A stretch of 64,000 nt of DNA. Origin: Histomonas meleagridis 2922-C6/04-290x. Its lineage: Eukaryota; Protista; Parabasalia. Under the pieces are notes generated by a model that did no database searches, had not been told where the DNA came from, and was given only the letters and a program-made list of their open reading frames with translations. The DNA is taken from the NCBI GenBank assembly GCA_020184695.1, contig JAANOX010000200.1, forward strand, positions 23,557-87,556. Reading direction: 5' to 3'. Both the position numbers and the translations under genes were made by a program. This document shows positions 11,057 through 22,523 of the stretch, one piece after another. Each line of letters starts with the position of its first letter. The first letter of the stretch is position 1.

Positions 11057-12523
11057 TTACAAAAATTTACCAAAAAACTTTGCGCTTTGACACTTGAAAA
11101 TTGGCGGCTGTGAATGCATATAATTTGCCTTTAATACGATGCCATTTAATTCAACAGATTGATTGAGCTTAAACACCGCGCACTTGTAGCTTCCATCAAA
11201 CTTGAATTGGTCGTTTTGAAGCTTGACTTCAAACACTTTTTGATTATTTATTAATCCTTCAATATGCATTTCATCAGGCAAAACGCTATCACTTCTAAGT
11301 ACAATTTTAGCCGATGTTAAAGTGAACATTTCGTTTTTCATTCGTACAAAAATTACTTTATTTGTATCAGATAAAATTGCAACAAAATATTTTTCGGTGT
11401 CCAGCAACGCATTCGATGATGGAAATTTCTTTATAGATGGGTGACTTAAATCATCAATTAATCGATACTTAATAACATTAATTGGTTTTGTTAAAACTCC
11501 CCCAAAAGTTCCGATGAAATCAAATAAATCGATTTCGCTTGGCGAAGTTTCACCGTTTGAGTTATTGATAAGTAAAATATATGAAAGAACATTCCATTTA
11601 TTTGGAATAAATTTTGGACTAGAAAATGAATCTGATAATGACAAAATCGTTTCCCTTCTCATTGATATGGTTTTTATTAAATTAGCTCTTGATATTGATT
11701 TTGATTCCCATGACATTTCATAATCATTAAAAAGTGTATGAAAAGATGGGTCACTGCTATCAAGAAGTTGATGAAAAGAATCACTTTCTTGTTGGCTAAT
11801 TATTTTTTTGTTTCCTTGTGAGAAATAATCATCAAGAGTTTTACATATGGATTTGTTATTAAAACGACAACGGATTTTGGGGTGCCCTAAAAAGCATTGG
11901 ATTGAATACGGAGTAATGCACTGAAATAGAAAAGTGGGCGACTCCTCTAAAATGGTTAAAAGTACATCATAAAACCTGTCGATTAAAGTTTGTTGGCTTT
12001 TAATGATGTCATCAATTCCTTGAGAAAAAGTTGGAAATTTATTGACTTCCGAATTTACAATAAATTTGTCATAGATTAAGTACTGAGATAAAAAGTGTAG
12101 TATAGTTTGCTTGAGGAAAATAAAGTCATCCTTTAGAGAGCTTAAATAATCAATGATTACATTTGTGATGATTCGAACTAAAGGTGGAATGCCATATACA
12201 TATGCCATGAATAGTGAAAGCATTGGGTTTGGTGTAATTTCTCTGTCTTTAGTTGTTTTAAAAAGAATTTCGCCATTATAGCAAAAATCAATAATTTGTT
12301 CAAAGTTTGATGATACAAATGGAAGTGATATAGAAATGCTTTGAGGATCAAAAGTTACAGTTTTAAAATATTCTCTAAAAAGTCTGGAATGATGATATAA
12401 AATAAGTCGGTGGGCTTCAATATCTTTCCCATTAGCATGCAAAATACAATCTATAAAAAGGTGATTTTTTCGGAAGGATGCGAAATGAGGTTTCATCTTA
12501 AGTCTGAAGCGAGTTTTTTCCAT
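11057..12523 (-). CDS. BTB/POZ domain protein
   Basis: FIDCILHANGKDIEAHRLILYHHSRLFREYF..FEQIIDFCYNGEI. Confidence 0.8.
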   Translation of the reverse strand: MEKTRFRLKMKPHFASFRKNHLFIDCILHANGKDIEAHRLILYHHSRLFREYFKTVTFDPQSISISLPFVSSNFEQIIDFCYNGEILFKTTKDREITPNPMLSLFMAYVYGIPPLVRIITNVIIDYLSSLKDDFIFLKQTILHFLSQYLIYDKFIVNSEVNKFPTFSQGIDDIIKSQQTLIDRFYDVLLTILEESPTFLFQCITPYSIQCFLGHPKIRCRFNNKSICKTLDDYFSQGNKKIISQQESDSFHQLLDSSDPSFHTLFNDYEMSWESKSISRANLIKTISMRRETILSLSDSFSSPKFIPNKWNVLSYILLINNSNGETSPSEIDLFDFIGTFGGVLTKPINVIKYRLIDDLSHPSIKKFPSSNALLDTEKYFVAILSDTNKVIFVRMKNEMFTLTSAKIVLRSDSVLPDEMHIEGLINNQKVFEVKLQNDQFKFDGSYKCAVFKLNQSVELNGIVLKANYMHSQPPIFKCQSAKFFGKFL

Positions 12524-13017
12524 TTCATCTTTATGATGTTAACGTTCTTTTTTAGGGTGGTATAATTTTTGAATAGTTTTTAATCGTTATTTCAGCAAGG
12601 AGAAATGTACCTCTTTTTTTCGAACTTCTCTCATGCTCATTAAAATTTTATCCCATAAAACTCTTCAAATGCACAACTAGCTCTGTAGCTTTTATATTTG
12701 CTACAAATGAGTCATAGCAAAGAAGCAAATTTGATTAGTGGTATTTTTTTTTAAAACCATAGATGTTATTAAAACAAAAACTGCTTACAAACAGAACGGG
12801 AAGTGTTTTTATGAGATTTAAGGGATTATATTTGTAACAAAATTTTGTATTAGATCAAATCAATTGATTTTTTTAAGTTTCGTTACTTAGTAGAAGCCTT
12901 CTGGTAATGGTTATGAATGGCCTTGCTTTGGTAATAGTTAAAAAATCTTTTTGCCAATTTGTCAATGCAGGAGATTTAAAAAAAAAGATTTTTTTTAGAG
13001 GCTTTTACTGATTGAGT

Positions 13018-13086
13018 TTAGAGCAGATTACACTTGCATCCACAGCACTTGCAACTTGAGCAGGAACATGAGCAGGAAGAAGACAT
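13018..13086 (-). CDS. 22-aa Cys-rich metallothionein-like micro-protein MSSSCSCSCSSCKCCGCKCNLL (below the ORF-track cutoff)
   Basis: ATG at 13086; 8 Cys in CxC/CC arrangement; initiator-like TCATTT at 13102-13097; stop lies in a TAAA context. Confidence 0.65.
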   Translation of the reverse strand: MSSSCSCSCSSCKCCGCKCNLL

Positions 13087-13343
13087 TGTAACTTGAAAAT
13101 GAAATGGCTCAACTGCTTACAACAACCCCCAAATTTTGAAAGGCGGAAAATCCATCGGTTTCTGAGAAATTTTTTGTGGTTTGTTAAAAACCGAAAAAAA
13201 TTATTGGGTTTTTCTGAGGCTGTTAGAAGAACTGACTAAGTTTTTGAGAGCAATTTTTGAATGCATTCGGAAGTTGAAATTCACCTTGAACGGGGGTGGT
13301 GCAAAAGCTTTTAGGGTGCCCTAAAATCAGTCACTTTTATTAG

Positions 13344-14243
13344 ATGCAGGGATCCCCAAAAAAGTACGTTTTTTTGTTAATGTACAAAGCAATACCAGAA
13401 TTCAACAGGAGATGTTGTATTGCAGATAGAAATCGCAATTATAGACTTCACCTTGCAGCATTGGCCAGAATAAAAAATTCAAAACCGCATGAAGAAAAAT
13501 GTACATTAAAGCCTTTTCGTAGATCAATACTCCAAGGAAAAGTTCAAAGAGAAGAAAGAATAAAAATTGAAAATGAGAATAAAAAAATGCAAAAGGCGAT
13601 TGCAAGTTGTGAGCCAACACTCAATAGAGAAGAATTCCATCAACATCAGCTTGATCATGAACATCAAGTAAAACGAATGGCTAAACATACAGACACATAT
13701 GGATTTAAAACCAATAATTCAACTAAAAAGCGCAAAAATTTATCTAAAGTTCATCTTAAACCAATGGAACCGAGCAATTCCAAACCTAAGTCACAAAATA
13801 CTACTTCCAAAGAACTGCAAGATGAATACAAAAATGAACAGTCAATTTCAGCGCAACCTTCTGGTGATCAACAAAATTCGTATATTAGTGATACGCCAAG
13901 CACGGAACAAATACATGAACCACAAAATACGTATGATAGCGGTGACGCACAAAGTCCACGTAAAAGCTCTCCTCCAGATACATACATTAGTGATCAAAGC
14001 AATTCACAAAATACAGAACAAACAAATGAATTAACGAATGAGCCGCCGCTAGAAAGAGTGCAGCTGACATTCCCATTGCCTGAATCACAAAGCGGAGAAA
14101 ATGAGGATATAAATGACTCAGCATTAAATGAACAAAACGCTACTGGTAATGAAACAGACACTACAGAAAATAACAGTAAGGAAGAAACAGATGAAAAAGA
14201 TAAATCAGAATCACTTGAAAGCGATTTTTTGTTAATGCAATAA
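13344..14243 (+). CDS. CFAP97/KIAA1430-like domain protein with low-complexity acidic tail
   Basis: RNYRLHLAALARIKNSKP..ERIKIENENKKMQKAIASCEPTLNREEFHQHQLDHE. Confidence 0.6.
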   Translation: MQGSPKKYVFLLMYKAIPEFNRRCCIADRNRNYRLHLAALARIKNSKPHEEKCTLKPFRRSILQGKVQREERIKIENENKKMQKAIASCEPTLNREEFHQHQLDHEHQVKRMAKHTDTYGFKTNNSTKKRKNLSKVHLKPMEPSNSKPKSQNTTSKELQDEYKNEQSISAQPSGDQQNSYISDTPSTEQIHEPQNTYDSGDAQSPRKSSPPDTYISDQSNSQNTEQTNELTNEPPLERVQLTFPLPESQSGENEDINDSALNEQNATGNETDTTENNSKEETDEKDKSESLESDFLLMQ

Positions 14244-14498
14244 AAATGTATTCATGAGTAAATAATAAATATTTACGAACATGAAAAATAAGACTTTCAT
14301 TTTACTTGTAACCACTCTTCAAAATTCGTGTGTTAAGATTTCCTATTTTGGAAAATGAGATTTATTCCCGATAAAAATTGACTGATGATTGATCGTAAAC
14401 GATTATTTTTCATTCAAAACATGAAGGTGCGAATATTTAAGAAAAAACTTTATTTATTAAAACTGTGTATCAGATCGATAGAATAATATAAAACATTT

Positions 14499-15260
14499 TT
14501 AGAGAGGCCATGCAAGTCTATTCCGATCGTGCCTTGCCCTTCTAAAATATGTATATTGACCATTTGATGGATCAAATGTACCTTCCTGAAGCCATAACAA
14601 CTTTAAGGTAAAACGAGGACCGCATTCCTGAAGTCGCGCTTCATTCACTGAATCAAAGATATATCTGTAATGACGGAAAAAAATGAAATCACGTTGATGG
14701 TGAAAGGTAAGGACGCGCCTTCCAAAGAAATTTGGTTTGTGAGGAAATAAGCATTGGAGCATTCGAGACGTGAGCCTGCCAAGTCTTGTTTCAAATCGTT
14801 TCATGAGAACTTCTGGATAGTGATCGCTAGTACGAGCGTGCCCTTCAATTTCTTTAGGAAGAGAAATTGATGTGATTCTATAGTTGGCAGTTGGTCCATC
14901 AGGCAAATGATGATGAGTAAAAGTATAAACTTGGTTATTAGCAGATGTAAGAATAATTAAGTCGGTGTACCCTTCTTCAATTGCTTGATTCCTAACTTCA
15001 GCCATTGATGATCCTTCTTTTCGATTTTCAAAAAGAGAATTTGGAATTAAAACTTGTAGACTTTTCCCAAATGGTATGGACGGCTCTTCATCACCTGATG
15101 TAGTAATTTTTACCTTGGGTTCTTTTTCACCATTTAAAAAAGGTGAAAATTGATCATTTTCAATTTCTTCAAGATATTCTGGATCATCTTCTTTTATGAA
15201 TGTTGGATCGTATTCACGCCTTTGTTCTTGTCTGTTTTCACCTGGTGCAGGTTCAACCAT
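14499..15260 (-). CDS. RPF1: Brix-domain ribosome biogenesis protein RPF1
   Basis: HLPDGPTA, FETRLGRLTSRML, TFHHQRDFIFFRHYRY, RLQECGPRFTLKL. Confidence 0.85.
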   Translation of the reverse strand: MVEPAPGENRQEQRREYDPTFIKEDDPEYLEEIENDQFSPFLNGEKEPKVKITTSGDEEPSIPFGKSLQVLIPNSLFENRKEGSSMAEVRNQAIEEGYTDLIILTSANNQVYTFTHHHLPDGPTANYRITSISLPKEIEGHARTSDHYPEVLMKRFETRLGRLTSRMLQCLFPHKPNFFGRRVLTFHHQRDFIFFRHYRYIFDSVNEARLQECGPRFTLKLLWLQEGTFDPSNGQYTYFRRARHDRNRLAWPL

Positions 15261-15609
15261 TTGGGAAATTTTGGTCGTGTAATTTGAATGTAAATATTGG
15301 CAAAACGAAATTGTAAGAAAAAATAGTGTCTAATTTCATAGAAAACGTTAAAATCCTGATCAATTTTAACAGAGAGACTTAATAGAGCTATTAATTAACG
15401 AAATTATAACAACAAAAAAGCAACATACCGAATTTGTATTTATAAAATTATTTTTTTAAAAAATTATTATCAAATAGAAAGTATGAATTATTTAAGGTGA
15501 AAAGAATTAACTTATTATTAATTTTTTTTATTTAGGAAAACATTATTCAATTTATTATTTCACAGATGTTGTTAAAGTATTCCAATATTAGTTCACAACA
15601 AAAACCAAT

Positions 15610-16155
15610 TTATATCCATTGGTCGCTCTCTTCATTCACATATTCATCAAAATCATTACCAACAATTTCAATTTGTGTATCTCCTTTTGATGAAGAAAGA
15701 ATTGGATATCCATCCGAATGAGCAGATTTTGACTTTTTCCTTTTACTTCTTGTAACAACAAATACAATTATTCCTGTGATTAACAAAACTGCAAAAATTG
15801 ATCCGCATATTATGCCAATATATAGTACCAAATATTTAATGAGAAAACTTTGAATTGAATATAATTTTTCGTTTATAAAATCTCCAACGTTTTTATTCGT
15901 AAAAGAAAAAAATTGCAAATGAGTTGTTGTCTTCTTAAATATTAAAGTAATATGGAAAATTAAATTTGATTCAAATAAAAAGTTGATTATTTGATAACAA
16001 ATAAATAAAATAATTAACTCTTCAGATAAATTTTTGATATGGAATATGGTACATTCACACTCTATAAATAGAACATCGTCATTATTCATGAATGCAGTAA
16101 AGCCAAGATGTGATAACAAATATTTACAACTACAAACGATAAATTCAAATTTCAA
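15610..16155 (-). pseudogene. Fragment of a single-pass surface/membrane protein gene
   Basis: TM segment IGIICGSIFAVLLITGIIVFVVT followed by RSKRKK and a short cytosolic tail; no ATG start; upstream frames are broken. Confidence 0.45.
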
Positions 16156-16921
16156 AGACAGTCAGAGTTTGTTGGCAAGATTTCAACCGAAAGGCTAATA
16201 AAAGATATCCTAACTGCAAAAAAAACTTTTCGGTTTTCGGATTTCTGTGCAACTGCAGCTAACGTTCTGAACAATTATTTCAATGGGGGTTTTACAGGCT
16301 GCTTCGATAAATAATGGCTGCACATTTGATGTAAGCTTACATGACAAAGAAATGATGCATTAGCTCACATAAGCGAAAAACAAAACACAAATTTTTGGAT
16401 TTAGAGACATATTCATTATGAACTTCGTCAAAACATAGAATCTAAAGGTCAAGAATCGTTACCAATGGTAGTAAATTTGATTTCGATAAATATTAATACG
16501 TTTTTATTATTGGAATCTGCTGATATCAGCATTTATAATGAAATATAAAAATTTAACGTTCCGGAACATACTTGAAGACATCTTCTTTTTGTCATAAGTA
16601 ATTTTTACAATACCTATAAGACGCGTTTCTTTGAATTCAAATAGCGCTGTTGGGTACAGGACGCTTATAAATTGGTTTGTTAATTATTTGTATACAAATA
16701 AAAAAATTGTATTACCAACAGATATAAATCTATTTGGTTTGAGTTTGTTTTAAAGGAAGCTTTATTAAATATTTACTTGTCAGTTAATTTAATTGCCCAA
16801 TCTAAAAATGTCAGATGCTTTAACGGTCTCGATTTCTACTTTTTTTTACATAATAAAACATTCAATTTTGAATTGTAGGGCAACAACAATTGAAGTAGAA
16901 TATTTTATTAAATATTATTAT

Positions 16922-17623
16922 CTAACTGCGCTTTGGTTTTGCACCTTTTTTGGGTTCTCGGCTTGATTTGTTTTCCCTTCTTTCAGCACTTTTGTTCCTC
17001 ATTTCCTGTTTGAATGTTGAAAGAAGTTTGATTGGAAGCTTCTTGCCATTGTATTCTATTCCGTTCTTTACTGCTTCATTTGCCTGTTCTTCTGTTTGGA
17101 GTTCAACATAAGCAGTTCCTGAGAAATATTTTTCTCCTCCACTGCGATTTTTGTTCCTCATCTCTATACGGAGAACTTTTCCAAACAAAGAACGGAAGAA
17201 CGCTTGCAGTGATTCAAGTGTTTCAGTTTGATCTAATTGATCAACATATAATGTTCTATACTCACGACGTGGATCTGGTTTAAATGGAACCTTTGAACGA
17301 ACCATCTTGCGAGAGGTATCAACTTCAAGTTCTGATGATGCTTGACAGGCTTTCATTAATTCTTCATCAGTCAAATGCATTGCCACAATTTTGTTGAACT
17401 TTTCATTAAAAATTTGAATTGGGCAATATCGGTCAGCTTCCATGTTAATCAGTTGTTTCATAAATGATGAATTTTCAACGTTTGATGGGCTAAAATAAAA
17501 TTCCATTTGTTCACGAGCAGCGTCAAGTTCTGGTGTAAGATCATACACTTCTTGTTGTTTTATTTCTTCGTTTTCAGATGATGGTGGATCTGCTTTTCCG
17601 AATAGTTTGCGGAGGATGAACAT
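16922..17623 (-). CDS. La protein (La motif + RRM)
   Basis: QMEFYFSPSNVENSSFM, RTLYVDQL, YFSGTAYVEL; likely ATG at 17623. Confidence 0.85.
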   Translation of the reverse strand: MFILRKLFGKADPPSSENEEIKQQEVYDLTPELDAAREQMEFYFSPSNVENSSFMKQLINMEADRYCPIQIFNEKFNKIVAMHLTDEELMKACQASSELEVDTSRKMVRSKVPFKPDPRREYRTLYVDQLDQTETLESLQAFFRSLFGKVLRIEMRNKNRSGGEKYFSGTAYVELQTEEQANEAVKNGIEYNGKKLPIKLLSTFKQEMRNKSAERRENKSSREPKKGAKPKRS

Positions 17624-17804
17624 AAAATGGCGGCAAAATGGTCGTGCAAAAATTGACAAAGTCTGTTCGTTCGATAAACGATTATTTTCCAATTTCTTCT
17701 CGCATTCATTTCAACATAAGTTAAGTATTCTCTTCATCAATTAAGTATCAGCTGTAGTATTTTTTCACATTTTTATTCGTTAAAAGGCAAACACAATAAA
17801 ACAT

Positions 17805-19580
17805 TTACAGATTAAGGAAATTACTGTACTGTCTAAAAATATATTTTCTGCTGCTTCCATCATCATTCATGAACAGCAAGCTATCGCCATTAGCCTCTTT
17901 AGAAGCGCCTGCGAATATATACAATGTGTCATCATCACCACCGCAATACTGTATACCCGAAACGCAATACTCAGCGGTATTCACGCCCAAGTACGACTGT
18001 AACTCGTTCCGTATGTCGGCCACATAAATGTGACTTTCGCGTGATGAAGTCGATGTTATGATGAAGTTATCTGCAACGCAAACTGCAGTGACACTCTCCG
18101 GATATCCAATAGATATTAGTGGACAATGCTGACGAGAGTCCCATATTTTGACAGATCGATCATCAGAAGAACTAACGAAAAGATTAGCGTTAATGCTTTT
18201 GATTATATTCGTTGGCGAGTTGTGGCCAATGAACGATCGAACTGATTGTAATGTCGTGACATCAAATAGATGTAACGCATTAGTAGTGGTCAAACCACAG
18301 ATTATGCAGTTCTCCAGGGAGCTAATGATGGAAAAACCGGAATTAAGATATGGCGTTTTGATTATTGATCGGACCATTCGATTATTGATAAGATGAAGAT
18401 CACTGGAATTTAGGAACCCTATGAAGACATTGTCTTGAATTATGGCTATTGGAGTCGGATATGACATAGGTGGCACAAGATCAACATCATCAAATTTCCT
18501 ATCATTCCCTGTGAGACCAACACGGTAGATATGGCCTGAGCTATAGAGCCAACCATGACGTTTGGAGGAGTCTATTGTGAAGGATTCAACTTTACTTTTA
18601 ATATTTAATGGAATTGTATCCCAACAGATTTTAGTGTTAGGATGTAAATCAAAGGCATAGGAAATGGCTCTGTCGGGTGTACTGCTCGTATTGTGGATAA
18701 AAGCGGCACAAGAAGGATCAATATAATTGATATCAAATGGTAAGATAAATGTATCTTCAAACCGTTTCTCACGCCAAAAGGGATCTGGCGTAAGACCGCG
18801 TGGAAGCACTTGGCCAAATGGTACAGAATTGTCCATATCTGTTGATACAAAATTAAATATTGTACGTTCAGGAGCACTTGGCATTCGAAGAAGACCTTTA
18901 TCTTTCTTAAGGGTAAACCTTGAATAAGGTGTGTCAATTTCACGCATTGCTCGAATTTGAGATGTTATTTCATCATATTTTTTGATCAGATTTGGCATCT
19001 CTATCTCACTGGAATTAACAGCACTTTCCATAATTTTGTCTAAACGAAGTAAAAGCGTTTGAACATTTGGTTCATTTTCTTTTTTCATATCTTTTTGATA
19101 TATTGATTCTCTTCCAGTTTGCTGATAAAATTGGGCTCCTGGCTGTCTTTGTGGAGGTGGTTGTGGTGGCTGCATCATTGGTGATTGAACTGGAATATTT
19201 TGTGGATATTTTGATTGAGATGGTTGAAAAGGTATATTTCCATAAGGAGGTGGGTATTGTTGTTGAGGGTGAGGTTTTACAGGTGGCATATGTTGTTTTG
19301 GATTAATATATTTTGGCGGATTTGAATTTGGTGATTGAATTTGAGGAGTTTGTGCCGTTTCGCCAGTAAAAGCATGTTTGTTATTATTAAACCAAAGTCT
19401 TACAGTTCTGTGAGTCCAATGTGGTGAATATTTAAGTAATTCTTCGGAAACTTCATTTGCGATTTTTGTTCTTTCTTGAGATCTTTCAGGTTGTGAAAAG
19501 TACCTTTTAACATTTTGAATCAGAATGGATTGCTCAACCGAATTCGGATAATAACGACGTCCGTCTGGTTCCTGCTCCAT
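17805..19580 (-). CDS. Homeodomain-like N-terminus + Pro/Gln-rich linker + WD40 repeats
   Basis: WTHRTVRLWFNNNK resembles homeodomain helix 3; SFIGHNSPTN..FVSSSDDRSVKIWD. Confidence 0.7.
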   Translation of the reverse strand: MEQEPDGRRYYPNSVEQSILIQNVKRYFSQPERSQERTKIANEVSEELLKYSPHWTHRTVRLWFNNNKHAFTGETAQTPQIQSPNSNPPKYINPKQHMPPVKPHPQQQYPPPYGNIPFQPSQSKYPQNIPVQSPMMQPPQPPPQRQPGAQFYQQTGRESIYQKDMKKENEPNVQTLLLRLDKIMESAVNSSEIEMPNLIKKYDEITSQIRAMREIDTPYSRFTLKKDKGLLRMPSAPERTIFNFVSTDMDNSVPFGQVLPRGLTPDPFWREKRFEDTFILPFDINYIDPSCAAFIHNTSSTPDRAISYAFDLHPNTKICWDTIPLNIKSKVESFTIDSSKRHGWLYSSGHIYRVGLTGNDRKFDDVDLVPPMSYPTPIAIIQDNVFIGFLNSSDLHLINNRMVRSIIKTPYLNSGFSIISSLENCIICGLTTTNALHLFDVTTLQSVRSFIGHNSPTNIIKSINANLFVSSSDDRSVKIWDSRQHCPLISIGYPESVTAVCVADNFIITSTSSRESHIYVADIRNELQSYLGVNTAEYCVSGIQYCGGDDDTLYIFAGASKEANGDSLLFMNDDGSSRKYIFRQYSNFLNL

Positions 19581-20119
19581 ATTATGTTGGCGGTTTTAAT
19601 CACTTGATGAAATAACCGTTTTTGTTTCATTTATTTGCACATTTGAATTCATTCAAATTTGAGAGGAATAGGGGTTGTTTTGACGTCGTTTTTGCTGCTG
19701 GAAAATTAGTTTTGAGGATGGATCGTATTAACCCGAATATAAATGGCGATTGCCTGGTTTTGAGATTCGGTTGGGAGTGCTAAAATCAATCGTGTTTTCA
19801 TAGGGTTAAAAACAATTGTTGAAATTATGATTGAGTTAAAGTTAGGGCTTGAAACACTGGAAACCAATACCAGTATGTATTCTCTTTCAAGAGTGAGAAA
19901 TGGCATAAAAATTTTGTGGAAAAGTATCATGGACAATGATTCAATAATTGGTGAAAATTGCATTGATCTATTTTCACGGCTGAAAATAGTTAAAAAGGTG
20001 GTTGATTTAGTTGCAAAGCATTAATTCCATTTTTGGATTTGGAAGAAGGAGGCCAGAATGGCTTAACGTCCACCGCAGAAAAAACCGTACTTTTTCAGGA
20101 AGCGGTTTTAATCTGAATC

Positions 20120-20569
20120 ATGAAATGTTATGTGAAAAAGAGTATGCTCCCTCATCAACAAATTCCAATACCAGGGCATTGTGATGACCATATCATTGAT
20201 CCGCCATCTGTCTATGAAATGGAGTTAATAGATCAAACATTAGGGTTTCAGTATCTTGTGGAAACTCGTGGCAACCCAATTTTAATGAATTCTATTGATC
20301 AGATGTTTCGAGAATCTGTTGAATTAGAAAAGCAATATGATAAAAGTGTTGAAGTGCATCATGGAAATAAAACAACTGATTCATTAGAAGAAGTTCTATT
20401 ATTAGAAGATCAATTTTCCAGGGCTGCATATGATGAAATCTCATTTTCGTTATCAGTGATAAAAGCAATGAAAAAAGAAATTAGCGCGATGGAACAGGAA
20501 GCAAAAATAATTGAAAGAAAGAAATTAAAACTCAAGAAAAAAATAAATGAATTAAAAAACAACAGATAA
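20120..20569 (+). CDS. Hypothetical protein with C-terminal coiled coil
   Basis: 149-aa ATG-initiated ORF. Confidence 0.6.
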   Translation: MKCYVKKSMLPHQQIPIPGHCDDHIIDPPSVYEMELIDQTLGFQYLVETRGNPILMNSIDQMFRESVELEKQYDKSVEVHHGNKTTDSLEEVLLLEDQFSRAAYDEISFSLSVIKAMKKEISAMEQEAKIIERKKLKLKKKINELKNNR

Positions 20570-20949
20570 TTAAGCACACAAACCTTTCAATAAATGTTTT
20601 TTTATTTATTATTATTTTTCATAATAAAAAATCAAGGCAATTTACAATACTATATATTTGTTTTCTTATGATTTTTAAAAAACGTAATGAACATCAGAAA
20701 ATTTCTTTTCCTAATATAAATTAGATAATTTTAATAAAAAGCCTTAATCATTCTCTTCCTTATTATCCATAGAAAACAATGAAACACATATGATTTTTAC
20801 ATAATAAAAATATTTAAATTCATTCATTTTTATTATTTTATAAAATGGCTTAATCTTAAATCATTTATTAATTTATTAAGCTTAACAAATAATAATAAAA
20901 TTAGGTATATAAACAAAAGGAAAAATAACTGAAATGAATTTTCATTAAT

Positions 20950-22010
20950 TTATTCAGGTGAAACGAATTCTCCTGCAAACAAAACAGTTTTATTTTTGTG
21001 AACCAATTCATATATAAACGGATGGTCTGCTACGAAGAACTTTTCGATTATTTCTGGCAATCCAAGAGTCTCTATCCCTGTTGCAGCTGCAGCCGTAGTT
21101 CCTTCTTCATATACTTCTAGAAAAGCTTTGTGCACTACGCGTGAAATCTTTGGCTTTTGCAGATCGAAAAGCAAACGAATTCCAATCGCTTCGAGCATTT
21201 CGCGCAGGTGTTGTGACTCCCAAAGGCATTTAAACTTGGGAATTACTACATTCATCTTGACTTCGTTAAGGTTTTGGACATATTCTTCGAACTTTTTGGT
21301 GCCAAGTGAACTTTTTGAGATCCAAATGATTGAAGATCTTTATTCTCAGGAAGAAACATTAATAAAGAACAATCGTTTACATATGGCAAGAAAGATGTTG
21401 TTTTGGTTCCTTCGAATAGATTAAATGGGTAATCCGAAGTCCCTTCTGGATCAAACTTATTCTGCCATTCGGCTTTGAAATAGATGGCATTGGTAAGAAT
21501 GATATCAGAATTAGGTTCAACTTCATCTGCTTGAATAAGATTTTGAATAAGACCATTGGTGACTTCTGCAACCTTTTGATTTATTAAGCTAATGCCTTAT
21601 TGATTAAATTCGATTGGAGTAATTTCAATTCCAAGAAATTCAATTAATGGTTTGAAAAATTCTGCGTCAAATTCTTTGTTCTTGTTTGGCCAAAGTGTAT
21701 TTGCGCCACGAATAACTGCATTATTTGTTTTTTGTTCCACTTGTGAAATGAGATTGCGAAGATTGGTGAGGATATCTTTTGGAGTAGTATCAGATGGCAT
21801 TCTGAGAACATCGAAAATTTCTTTTTGTGTTGGTTCATTTAGAATTGAAGCAACCATTAAAAGGATTGCATAAGTTGAATATGGTGAAACAAGAATATTA
21901 CTTGATTCATCGCAAAGATTTGAAAGCATGGCAATCGAAAGAACCTGTGTAGGTTCGCTTGGAGTCCCGTAGAAAAGATTTGAAAAGAAGTGTTTTATGC
22001 TTGAAATCAT
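20950..22010 (-). pseudogene. Serpin pseudogene
   Basis: NILVSPYS, ILTNAIYFKAEW, hinge EEGTTAAAAT, FVADHPF; in-frame TAA at 21597-21599; deletion/frameshift near 21340-21360. Confidence 0.85.
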
Positions 22011-22523
22011 GAGGTGAAGTGATACTTGTTGTCAATAAACGGTTTATAAAAAGAAATTTGGATTAAATACTTCTTTGATATGTTTCTTATGTAGCCCCCA
22101 ATCATTCTTTGATAGTTCATCAACAAGATTTTTTTCCAAATTGTTGTTATATGCCTTTGACTTCATCCCATACTGGAAGAAAGCTTTTATATAAAAATGG
22201 ATATGAAGCTTCTAATGAAACAAACATTTTTGTTTTGAATTATACACAGAATATATTTTTATGTTTAATAATTTTATCACATAAATTTTATAATATGATT
22301 TGATATGTTTATTTCAAGACTTCAAAATATATTTAAAAATTGTATAAATTTTTTTGGTTAATCTCATTTATTTCTTTATGCCTACATATGAATAGAATAT
22401 ATTTCCATAATAATGGAAATTCAGAATAATTGATGTTACATTGTATCGTTCTAATCGTAGTATTGAATTTTTGGGGATCCCTGTTGTAACTGTCCGTTTA
22501 CTTTTCATCAGGAAGATTTACGA

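Noticed and set aside
19717-20024. Possible decayed gene between the WD40 gene and ORF 20120
   Set aside because: Broken frames and no recognisable motif
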